From: Caulobacteraceae bacterium
GTDB lineage: Bacteria > Pseudomonadota > Alphaproteobacteria > Caulobacterales > Aquidulcibacteraceae
Direction: 5' to 3'
NCBI GenBank assembly: GCA_031431115.1
Contig: JANPCV010000056.1
Location: 26,132-90,131, forward strand
Length of the DNA: 64,000 nucleotides
Below are positions 46,054 to 54,603 of this stretch, one piece after another. The translations under genes and the position numbers were made by a program. Under the pieces are notes generated by a model. The model saw only the letters and a list, made by a program, of their open reading frames with translations. It had not been told where the DNA came from and made no database searches. Positions within the stretch are counted from its first letter, which is position 1. Each line of letters starts with the position of its first letter.

Positions 46054-46446
46054 TAAGGGCTCCGTAAGCGTCGCGCGCACGGGCCCCCGGTCTTCCGGGA
46101 CGTGCCGGGGCAGGGGCGGCGAGGCGACGCAAAGTCATGGTGGGTGATCCTACGCGATCGCGGCCCGGGCCTTGGCGGCCTCCGGCTCTGAGATCGATCG
46201 CGGTGCGGATCATAAGTGGGCTCCAGTTGACGCCGTCTAAATAGACGGCGGCTCACGCTCCAGCCTGGGTACGGGCTCTCTAGGTCCAAACGTGGGCGCT
46301 AAAACAGCGCGCCACAGGGCCCGATTTCGCCGATCCGCAGGGCGGGAGCGCGCCGGGCGCTCTGGGGATAAATCCCGTCAGCGCACGCGGCGATGGAGTT
46401 ACATATGCATGATTTGTTCGGGAGTGGAAGCGCTGGACGCTAGTGA
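46054..46446 (-). promoter_or_regulatory. Long structured rne 5' leader and promoter region
   Basis: About 390 nt of non-coding sequence upstream of rne with strong hairpins, for example GCCGTCTA-tt-TAGACGGC at 46233-46250. By analogy with the autoregulatory rne leader of E. coli. Confidence 0.5.
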
Positions 46447-47739
46447 TTAGTTGTCTGGGTGACGATCTTCCACTGGCGGTGATGGAATAAGCTCCGGGCG
46501 GACCACTCCGGCGGTGTCGGGCGAGCCCATGCGGTATCCAGATGCCAGCGAGAGACTCCAGCCAGGTCCGGACAGTCCCCCGTGATTTGGCTGCGATGCG
46601 GTGAGGAGCGAAAAATCCGGTGAGATCAGCGCGCCGCCGCTGGATCGAAACTCGCCCCACAAATCTCGGAGCGTGAGGGCCTGATACACCGTGCCGAGGC
46701 CCTCAACGGGCGTTACCGCCTCTGGGTTGAACTCGAACTGCATGCGTCCGAGAGGCAATTCGAGGCGAGGACCGCCAAAACGAGCACGAGCGCTGGTGAT
46801 AAGCTGCCGCTGCGTTTCTGCGCGATTGCGCTCCTCCGCCAGAATTTGCGGCCCGCCATAACGTTCGGCTCGGCGTAGAAGGTTGCGGCCGTTCATTTCG
46901 CGCGCACGTAGGGGGCTAACGAGCAAATCCGCCGGCGCCCACTCTGCCAGCCCTGAGCGCCAAGTCGGTGCGTATTCATCAAGCAACAGGCCGTAGGCCG
47001 GCCCGCTCGCATAGGCGTAGGAGCGCGCGAGACTTTGGTGCTGGTCGTAGGAGTTGAGCGTTCTGGCGGTGAAGAGGTGACCTTGGTCGCCCGCGCCGAG
47101 GCGAACGCCGGTGTAGGAAGCGAGGCCTTCATTGCGGTCCAGGCTCGCTTCAGCCGATGGCGCATCGGGAAATGAAGCTAAGCGCGCCATCCTGAAACCC
47201 AATGCGTCTTTGGTTGCTGCGCGCCGGGCGCGGCCATTGGAGAGCATGGCCGTCGCCAACGCCCGTAGTTCGAGGCGCATGAGATAACGGCCGCGCTCGG
47301 TTTCCAAATGGACCGCGTTGGCGTTCTGCATCGGAAAGCCGCTGGACGACTGCGCTCGATGCCAAGCCTCGTGCGCAACGAGCACGCGCCGCGCAGTGGC
47401 GTCTTCCGGTAACGGCCCGGCAACCATGATCCAACGTACGCCCGCCCAATCCACGGTGGTGTTTGCGATCGGCACGCCCTGCGGCAGCGGCCCAACCCAG
47501 CCGCCTCCCGGCGTTAGGTTGAACACGCCTAGGCCGTCGCGTTGCGTGGCCCAGGCCTGACGCGACTGCGGATCCACGACGATGAGCGGGCCGCACAGGC
47601 TGGTGTTCCAAAGCTCGCCGGCGTCCGCGGCGCACATTGTCTGCAGTTCGGAAGCTGCGGCAGCCTCCAGGCGATAGTCCTGCGCGAGCGACGGAGAGGC
47701 GCAAAGGGCGAAGCAGATCGCAAAGATGAATGTGCGCAT
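46447..47739 (-). CDS. Secreted hypothetical protein with gluzincin-like HExxH...NEGxAxY motifs
   Basis: ATG 47739 gives MRTFIFAICFALCASPSLAQ (signal peptide). LVAHEAWHRAQ is followed about 77 aa later by RNEGLASYTG. Confidence 0.5.
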   Translation of the reverse strand: MRTFIFAICFALCASPSLAQDYRLEAAAASELQTMCAADAGELWNTSLCGPLIVVDPQSRQAWATQRDGLGVFNLTPGGGWVGPLPQGVPIANTTVDWAGVRWIMVAGPLPEDATARRVLVAHEAWHRAQSSSGFPMQNANAVHLETERGRYLMRLELRALATAMLSNGRARRAATKDALGFRMARLASFPDAPSAEASLDRNEGLASYTGVRLGAGDQGHLFTARTLNSYDQHQSLARSYAYASGPAYGLLLDEYAPTWRSGLAEWAPADLLVSPLRAREMNGRNLLRRAERYGGPQILAEERNRAETQRQLITSARARFGGPRLELPLGRMQFEFNPEAVTPVEGLGTVYQALTLRDLWGEFRSSGGALISPDFSLLTASQPNHGGLSGPGWSLSLASGYRMGSPDTAGVVRPELIPSPPVEDRHPDN

Positions 47740-47888
47740 GCCGTCGAGTGAACACGGCGTTGAACTTCGCTCAAGCCCGCCGCGACAGTCGGAGGCTGGG
47801 GCGCGCTGCAATTCGACTGTGGTTAGTGCCGTATTCACCTAAGTTTTCAACTTGATAGCAAGCCCCTTCAGGTACTTTCCCAATCTTC

Positions 47889-49034
47889 ATGGACGTTACT
47901 CGTCGAGCCTTCGCCTTCTTTGGCGCGACTGCCGTGGGCAGTGTTGCGATGGGCGGCCGCGCTTTCGCGGACGTCCCGTCGTCGATCCGTGGCGTCTTGA
48001 TCCAAGAAGCGGGCGGCGCCTGCCGCGTCACACTGGCGCTCGATCGCCCGGCGCAAGCGCGGACCTTCTTTCTCAGTGATCCGTCGCGGTTCGTCATCGA
48101 TATCGCCAACGCCCAGCTCGTCATGCCCGGCGGCGCGACCGGCCAGGGTGCAGGCGCAGGCGTCGTGCGCCGCTATCGCTACGCTCAGCAGCCCAATGGC
48201 AGCTCACGTGTAGTGCTCGATCTCGAAGCGCCGGCGAGTGTTGTGCGCCAAGAACTAGGTGGCCGGCGCAACGCGGCGATCAGTTTCGATATTGCCGCCG
48301 ACGCCCCTTTCACACCGGCGCCGCAGCCGATTCAGCGCGCAGGCCGTGATCAACGCCGCCGCACCATTGTGATCGACGCAGGCCACGGCGGCCGCGATCC
48401 AGGGGCGATCGGCGTCAACGGTACGCGGGAAAAAGACGTCGTCCTCCATTGCGCGCTGATGGCGCGGGATGCTTTGGAGCAACGCGGCTATCGCGTGGCG
48501 CTGACCCGTGACGCCGACAATTTCGTGGAGCTCGAAGATCGCGTGCACTTCGCGCGCGGCCAACACGCAGATCTCTTCATCTCAATCCACGCAGATTCGA
48601 GCCCGAATGCGGCCACGACGGGCGCCTCCGTTTATACTCTGTCTGACCGCGGCGCGACGCGCGCGCAGGGGATGATTACGTCTCAGAACTGGGATCTTGA
48701 GCTTGGCAGCACGCGCGCGAGCGCCACGCGGGACATTCTAGTGGATCTGACTCAACGCGAAACGACCAACCGTTCGGCTCAATTTGCGCAGGTGGTGATC
48801 CCGAAGCTGGGCGAGGTCGCACCTCTGGTGCGCAATACCCACCGCAATGCTGGGCTGTTCGTTCTGCTCGCGCCGGACGTGCCGGCCGTATTGATTGAAA
48901 CCGGTTTTTTGAGCAACGCCACGGACGAGCGTCGCTTGGGCGATCCCCGCGCCCGCGAACGGATGGCCAACGCGATGGCCGAGGCCGTCGACGCCTATTT
49001 TGCGCCGGCTGCACTCTACGCTGCCGCCGACTAA
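47889..49034 (+). CDS. amiC: N-acetylmuramoyl-L-alanine amidase (AmiC-like, AMIN domain plus Amidase_3)
   Basis: Tat-like TRRAFAFFGATAV N-terminus, AMIN-type N-domain, and IVIDAGHGGRDPGA...SIHADS...ETGFLSN motifs. Confidence 0.88.
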   Translation: MDVTRRAFAFFGATAVGSVAMGGRAFADVPSSIRGVLIQEAGGACRVTLALDRPAQARTFFLSDPSRFVIDIANAQLVMPGGATGQGAGAGVVRRYRYAQQPNGSSRVVLDLEAPASVVRQELGGRRNAAISFDIAADAPFTPAPQPIQRAGRDQRRRTIVIDAGHGGRDPGAIGVNGTREKDVVLHCALMARDALEQRGYRVALTRDADNFVELEDRVHFARGQHADLFISIHADSSPNAATTGASVYTLSDRGATRAQGMITSQNWDLELGSTRASATRDILVDLTQRETTNRSAQFAQVVIPKLGEVAPLVRNTHRNAGLFVLLAPDVPAVLIETGFLSNATDERRLGDPRARERMANAMAEAVDAYFAPAALYAAAD

Positions 49035-49153
49035 CTTTGGCGCGAATCTTAAGCTAATTCCGCTACCTTACGAACGCTGTTCTAGCCTTAATCGCGCCTC
49101 ATTGCGGGGCGAGGCCGGGCGGCTCATTCACAGGCGCGCAGAAGCGGGGCGCA

Positions 49154-51745
49154 ATGTCGCGAACAAGTTCTTACGACCGTGGTTGGGAAGACGAAGAGTA
49201 CGACGACGATTATGATCGTCGCGACTATCGTGAGCCTCGCGGCGGCGGTGGCGGTGGCGGCGGCATCCCGTGGCGCAAGATTTTGATCGGCTTCGGCATT
49301 GCCGTGGCCGCAGGCGTGCTCGCGGTCATCATCTTCTTGATCGCAGCGCTGCAAGGCCTGCCGAGCCTCGAAGATCTCCAAGACTATCAGCCGCCAGTCA
49401 CGAGCCGCGTTCACGCCGGCGATGGTGCGCTAGTTGCAGAGTTCGCGCGCGAGCAGCGCGTGTTCGTGCCGATCGAGCAAATTCCCGACCACGTGAAGAA
49501 CGCTTTCGTCGCGGTTGAAGATGCGCGGTTCTTCGAGCACTCGGGTATCGACTATCAAGGTCTGGCGCGCGCTGTGCTGCGCATTCCGCTCGACGTTGTC
49601 CAAGGCCGACGCATCCAAGGCGCTTCCACGATCACGCAGCAGGTGGCGGGCAATATGCTCACCGGCCGTGCAGCGTCTTGTTCCGGTGGCGTCGGCGGCA
49701 TGTTCTGCGCGATTTGGACAAAGTTGCGCGAAGGCCTTGTGGCGCAACGTATCGAGCGCGTGCTCGATAAGGACCGTGTCCTCGAACTCTATTTGAATCA
49801 AATTTATCTCGGCAATCGCGCCTACGGTGTCGCGGCTGCCGCGCTCAATAATTTCGACAAGCCGCTGAGCGAGCTGACAGTTTCAGAGGCGGCGTATTTG
49901 TCGATCCTGCCGAAGGGGCCAGCGAACTATCAGCTGCCGCGCAACCGTGAACGCGCCATTGATCGCCGCAACTACGCCATCGGGCGGATGCTTGAGCGTG
50001 GCTACATCACCGAAGCTCAAGCGACCGAAGCGCGCGCCGCCGATCTTGAAGTGCACAACCGCTTGGCGGGCGATCAATACATCGCCGCTTCGCATTTCGT
50101 CGAAGAAGTGCGCCGCCAAGTGCAAGAGCAATACGGCGAGGATGCCCTCTATGACGGTGGCCTCTCAATCCGTTCGACGATCGACACGCGTCTGCAACTT
50201 ATAGCCGCTCAATCGCTGCGTCGTGGCCTTGAGGAGTATGATCGCCGCCATGAATGGCGCGGCCCAACTGCGACCGGTGACGCCGGCGGCGACGTGCAAG
50301 CGCAGTTGCGCGAATCCGCTGCCGCGCCGCAGCTTTCTGGCTGGCTCCGCGCCATGGTCACGACGACTGGCAACGGTGCGGTGACGCTCACCGACGAAAA
50401 CGGGCAATCCGGCCGTGTTGGCGACAACGATGCCCAGTGGGCCGCGCAAGGTGCGCGCCGCGAAGGCGCACGTGCGCTGCGCCGTGGCGCAATCGTTTAC
50501 GCAACGCGTGCATCGAACGGCCGCTACAATCTGAAGCAAGTTCCAGAGGTTCAAGGCGCTCTCGTCGCTATGGATCCGCACACCGGCCGCGTTCTGGCAA
50601 TGGTGGGCGGTTACTCCTTCAACGATGCGAACGGCCTCAACCGCGCAACGCAAGCACAACGACAGCCCGGCTCGTCGTTCAAGCCGATCGTGTACGCAGC
50701 GGCTTTGGATTACGGGTTGACGCCGGCGACGCTCGTCGATGACGCGCCGCTTGCAATCGAGGCAGGCGATGGTTCGAACTGGTCGCCGGAAAACTATACG
50801 CGTGAATTCTATGGCCCAACGACATTGCGCCGCGGCTTGGAAATGTCGCGGAACGCAATGACGGCGCGGGTGGCCTACGAAATGGGGCCGGAACGCATTC
50901 TCGACTATGGCCGGCGTTTGGGCGTCTATGGCGATCGCACGCAAGCTGTGTTCGCGCTGGCGCTTGGCGCAGGTGAAACAACGCTGCTGCGTATGACGAC
51001 GGCCTACGGCATGTTCGTGAACGGCGGGCGTCAAATTTCGCCGATCTTCGTCGATCGTATTCAAGATCGAACGGGAGCCTCAGTGTTCCGCCGCGATCAA
51101 CGCGAATGCGCGCAGTGCAATGCTGAATGGTCAGGTCAGCGTGCGCCAAACTTGGCGGATGGGCGCGCGCAAGTGCTTGATGCCGTGACCGCCTACCAGA
51201 TCGTCTCAATGGCCGAGGGTGTCGTGCAACGCGGCACTGCGACGACGGTGAACTCGCTTGGCTTCCCGCTGGGCGGCAAAACCGGCACCACGAACGACTA
51301 CAAGGATGCCTGGTTCATCGGCTTCTCCCCCGATCTCGTGGTCGGCGTGTGGGCGGGCTTCGATACGCCTCGTGACATGGGCGAAGGCGAGACCGGCGGC
51401 CGCATCTCGGCGCCGATCTTCCGGGACTTCATGCGCGACGCGTTGCGCAACTCGTCGCCAACGCCGTTCCGTATCCCGGCCGGTGCGCGTCTCGTCCGTG
51501 TCGATTATCTGACGGGTGGGCTCCCGAATGCCTCGACCACGCAGACGATTCTCGAGGCGTTTCGCCCGGGTACGGAGCCGACGCGTGATGTGACCTCCTC
51601 GCCGTTCATCTTTGGCGGTAGCGAACCGATCGATCCGCGCCTGCTTTCGGGGCTTTCGGGTACCGACACGCCAAATGAGGGCCGGCCGGCGCAGCAACAA
51701 CAACCGCAACAGCAGCAGGATGAAGATTTGGGCGGACTCTACTAG
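49154..51745 (+). CDS. mrcA: Penicillin-binding protein 1A (bifunctional GT51/transpeptidase)
   Basis: GT51 motifs AVEDARFFEH.GID and GASTITQQ. Transpeptidase motifs SSFKP and KTGTTND. It has an unusual acidic/Gly8 N-terminus and a poly-Q C-terminus. Confidence 0.93.
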   Translation: MSRTSSYDRGWEDEEYDDDYDRRDYREPRGGGGGGGGIPWRKILIGFGIAVAAGVLAVIIFLIAALQGLPSLEDLQDYQPPVTSRVHAGDGALVAEFAREQRVFVPIEQIPDHVKNAFVAVEDARFFEHSGIDYQGLARAVLRIPLDVVQGRRIQGASTITQQVAGNMLTGRAASCSGGVGGMFCAIWTKLREGLVAQRIERVLDKDRVLELYLNQIYLGNRAYGVAAAALNNFDKPLSELTVSEAAYLSILPKGPANYQLPRNRERAIDRRNYAIGRMLERGYITEAQATEARAADLEVHNRLAGDQYIAASHFVEEVRRQVQEQYGEDALYDGGLSIRSTIDTRLQLIAAQSLRRGLEEYDRRHEWRGPTATGDAGGDVQAQLRESAAAPQLSGWLRAMVTTTGNGAVTLTDENGQSGRVGDNDAQWAAQGARREGARALRRGAIVYATRASNGRYNLKQVPEVQGALVAMDPHTGRVLAMVGGYSFNDANGLNRATQAQRQPGSSFKPIVYAAALDYGLTPATLVDDAPLAIEAGDGSNWSPENYTREFYGPTTLRRGLEMSRNAMTARVAYEMGPERILDYGRRLGVYGDRTQAVFALALGAGETTLLRMTTAYGMFVNGGRQISPIFVDRIQDRTGASVFRRDQRECAQCNAEWSGQRAPNLADGRAQVLDAVTAYQIVSMAEGVVQRGTATTVNSLGFPLGGKTGTTNDYKDAWFIGFSPDLVVGVWAGFDTPRDMGEGETGGRISAPIFRDFMRDALRNSSPTPFRIPAGARLVRVDYLTGGLPNASTTQTILEAFRPGTEPTRDVTSSPFIFGGSEPIDPRLLSGLSGTDTPNEGRPAQQQQPQQQQDEDLGGLY

Positions 51746-51815
51746 TCCGCCCACTTCTATCAGCCCGCGCGTTCGCTTATCTAAGTCCTTCAGATTCTTG
51801 CAGGACTTGAGAACA

Positions 51816-52947
51816 ATGCGCGCCGAAATCGCCACGCTGGCCGAACAAATCGAATCCGCTGTCGCTTTGCTGCGGAGGCGTCTTTGACTGGGATCATGCC
51901 CAAGTCCGATTTGACGAACTAACCGCGCTTTCCGAACGCCAGGATTTCTGGAACGATCCGGGAAAAGCTCAGAAGCTAATGCGCGAGCGCACTAAGCTTG
52001 AGAGCGGCATGAACGCCATTCTTTCGCTTGAGCGCGATCTTCGCGATGGTGTTGAACTCGCCGAACTCGCAGAAGCGGAAGGCGATGAGAGTCTGATCAG
52101 CGAGGCGCAGGATGGCTTGAAGGCTGCGCAAGCGCGCGCTTCTAAAGCCGAGCTTGAAGCGCTGCTCTCCGGTGAAGCTGACAGCAACGATGCGTACATT
52201 GAATTCAACTCCGGCGCAGGCGGCACCGAGAGTCAGGATTGGACCGAGATGCTTATGCGCATGTATTTGCGCTGGGCCGGAGCGCGCGGGTTTAAGGCCG
52301 ACCTGCTTGAAGAGCAGGGCGGTGATACAGCTGGGATCAAGTCAGCAACCGTTCTGGTGACTGGCGAAAACGCCTATGGCTGGCTGAAGACAGAAGCCGG
52401 CGTGCATCGTTTGGTTCGCATCAGCCCGTACGATTCAAACGCGCGCCGCCACACCTCGTTCGCAAGCGTGTGGGTCTATCCCAAGATCGACGACACGATC
52501 GAAGTCGAAATCCTGGACAAGGATGTACGTACGGATACGTACCGCGCCTCCGGCGCTGGCGGTCAGCACATCAACAAAACCGATTCCGCAGTCCGGCTCA
52601 CCCACGCGCCGACCGGCATCGTGGTTGCGTGCCAAGCTGAGCGTTCTCAGCACAAGAACCGCGCCGCGGCGTGGGATATGCTGCGCGCTCGCATTTATGA
52701 GGCAGAACTTCAAAAACGCGAGGCGGCCGCTCAGAAGCTCGAGGACAGCAAGACGGAGATTGGCTGGGGTAGGCAGATCCGCTCGTACGTCTTGCAGCCG
52801 TATCAGATGGTCAAAGACCTAAGGACGGGTGTTGAAACCTCTGATACGCAAGGCGTGCTCAACGGCGACCTCGATCAGTTCATGGCGGCGTCCTTGGCGG
52901 CGCGCGTGAGCGGAGCGAGCGACACACAGGTCGAAGACATCGACTAG
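51816..52947 (+). CDS. prfB: Peptide chain release factor 2, expressed through a programmed +1 frameshift: join(51816..51884, 51886..52947)
   Basis: Frame 0 reads [23 protein letters not shown] and ends at CTT TGA C (51882-51888), preceded by the SD-like GGAGG at 51874-78 with 3-nt spacing. Shifting +1 continues [39 protein letters not shown]..., and GGQ is present ([16 protein letters not shown]). Confidence 0.92.
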
Positions 52948-52965
52948 AGTTTTGGGCGGGGGCCC

Positions 52966-53970
52966 ATGAGTTTCGAGACAGCAGACATACCAGCGGCAGC
53001 GATCGAGCAGGCGGTCCCATGGATCGTGCAGTACCAGCGCGCCCAGTGTTTGGGCGGCTCGCCGCTGAACACGTTTCAAGGCGTGGTGTGTGACGAGATC
53101 ATCCTGCCACAGAGCGCGGCCGAGAGCGGCGATCCTGCGCAACTGGTGGCTGCCGCGGACGCATGGGTCGAAGCGCTGACCAATCAGGCGCAATACTTGC
53201 CGGGTGAGTTCGCTCAGGAGGCGCTCTGGAGCTTGTACGCGCGCGACTACGTCGCGCAGGTAAGCGTCGGCGGCCACGACCAGTATTTCGCGAACCGTGG
53301 AAGCGACGAGATTGCGCTGCGCTGCGCAAGCGCGGGCTTGAAAAGCATGCTCGCTGATCCGCACTTGGAATTGCTGACGCTGCTTATCCGGTTGAAGCGC
53401 GCGAAGCCGCCCGCGGCACGCAAGATCGCCGCCGATCACGGCTACGGCTCCGCGAACGCCGCGTTCAAAGATTTGGACAAGCGGTTTGCGGATATTGAGG
53501 CAAAGGAGCCACTCGCACCCCGCCACAAAACGTGGCTGAAGAGCCTACGCAAAGTGAAGATATCGCCCGATGCGGAGATGACGGCGCATCTGCAGCGTGT
53601 AGCGCAGTCCAACCCGCTTTTCTCGCGGCGCGTTATGGAAATGGATCGTGTGCGCGCCGAGACGCTGAGAGCATCGGCGCCATTTCGTGCATCGAAAGCG
53701 CTCTGCGACATGGCGGGGCTGGCGATTAGCAACTTCCGCGTCTTGGGTTTCGCGCCGATGCGCACCGCCTGGCCGGATGGGCCGGATGTACGCGCCTATA
53801 TTTGTCGGATTGAGACTGACAAAGGCGTGCGCGGGGCGTTATTTTATCGTGAAGGCGCGGTGTTCAAGCGCTACCTGAGCGTCCTTGTCGATCAAAGCGG
53901 TGGCCTTCCGGTTGGCTCACTGCCGCTCACAGACGAGCAATATACCGAAATCGTGCCGGGCGAACGCTGA
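52966..53970 (+). CDS. Hypothetical two-domain protein (N-terminal DUF4375/DMP19-like)
   Basis: 334 aa. The string ALWSLYARDYVAQVSVGGHDQYFANRG resembles the DUF4375 signature (...NGGF.QYF.N). The C-terminal half is unrecognised. Confidence 0.45.
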   Translation: MSFETADIPAAAIEQAVPWIVQYQRAQCLGGSPLNTFQGVVCDEIILPQSAAESGDPAQLVAAADAWVEALTNQAQYLPGEFAQEALWSLYARDYVAQVSVGGHDQYFANRGSDEIALRCASAGLKSMLADPHLELLTLLIRLKRAKPPAARKIAADHGYGSANAAFKDLDKRFADIEAKEPLAPRHKTWLKSLRKVKISPDAEMTAHLQRVAQSNPLFSRRVMEMDRVRAETLRASAPFRASKALCDMAGLAISNFRVLGFAPMRTAWPDGPDVRAYICRIETDKGVRGALFYREGAVFKRYLSVLVDQSGGLPVGSLPLTDEQYTEIVPGER

Positions 53971-53997
53971 CCGCTGGAACTGCGCCGCAAACAAAAA

Positions 53998-54017
53998 GGC
54001 CCGGCGTGAGCCGGGCC
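53998..54017. terminator. Bidirectional terminator (strong for the minus-strand bactofilin gene)
   Basis: GGCCCGGC-gtga-GCCGGGCC flanked by ACAAAAA on the left. In minus-strand sense this gives a hairpin followed by TTTTTGTTTG. Confidence 0.8.
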
Positions 54018-54042
54018 TTGAAGTCGTTTGCAACGAAGAACT

Positions 54043-54603
54043 TTAGTTCGAACCGGTGACGATCACGCCCGAGACCATACGGTCATCGTTCGAGGGCTCG
54101 CCGAACACTGAGTTGCCGCCGCCGAACGCGTTCGAGCGGTCTTGCGGCGAAAGCACTTGCGGCTGTGCCGGTGCGCCAGGGCCGGACTGCGAGAGCGGGT
54201 CCTGCAGATAGCGGCACTGACCTTCGAACACGGCGCCCATCTCAACAGAGAGTGACTGGTGAACGATGTCGCCGAGAACGTGCGCATTGCGGGCCAGCAT
54301 GACTTTGCGCGCGCGGACCGAACCCTCGACGCGGCCATGAACAGTCACGCTTTCCGAGACGACGTCGCCTTTGACCATGCCCGTGTCGCCGACGGTCAGT
54401 GAACCGCCGCGCACATTGCCTTCGATCTCACCGTCGACCTGGAGTTCTGCGCCGTCAGCATCAATCGTGCCCGTGATCTTTACGCCATTGGCGATGATCG
54501 AGGCGATGCCAGTGCGAGTCGGAGAGGTGCGACGCTGTTGGGTAGGTTCAGGAAGAGCAGGCAAATTCGAATCCGTGCGAGAGTTACCCTTGTTCGTGAA
54601 CAT
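54043..54603 (-). CDS. bacA: Bactofilin (polymer-forming cytoskeletal protein)
   Basis: 186 aa with the DUF583 beta-helix repeat pattern (KITGTIDADGAELQVDGEIEGNVRGGSLTVGDTGMVKGDVVSESVTVHGRVEGSV) and disordered termini. Confidence 0.88.
   Translation of the reverse strand: MFTNKGNSRTDSNLPALPEPTQQRRTSPTRTGIASIIANGVKITGTIDADGAELQVDGEIEGNVRGGSLTVGDTGMVKGDVVSESVTVHGRVEGSVRARKVMLARNAHVLGDIVHQSLSVEMGAVFEGQCRYLQDPLSQSGPGAPAQPQVLSPQDRSNAFGGGNSVFGEPSNDDRMVSGVIVTGSN

Noticed and set aside
54555-54585. String ...AAATTCGAATCCGTGCG... resembling a tRNA T-arm.
   Set aside because: It lies inside the bactofilin/M23 coding overlap. No acceptor, D or anticodon arms can be drawn around it. I saw no tRNA, rRNA or tmRNA anywhere in the window.
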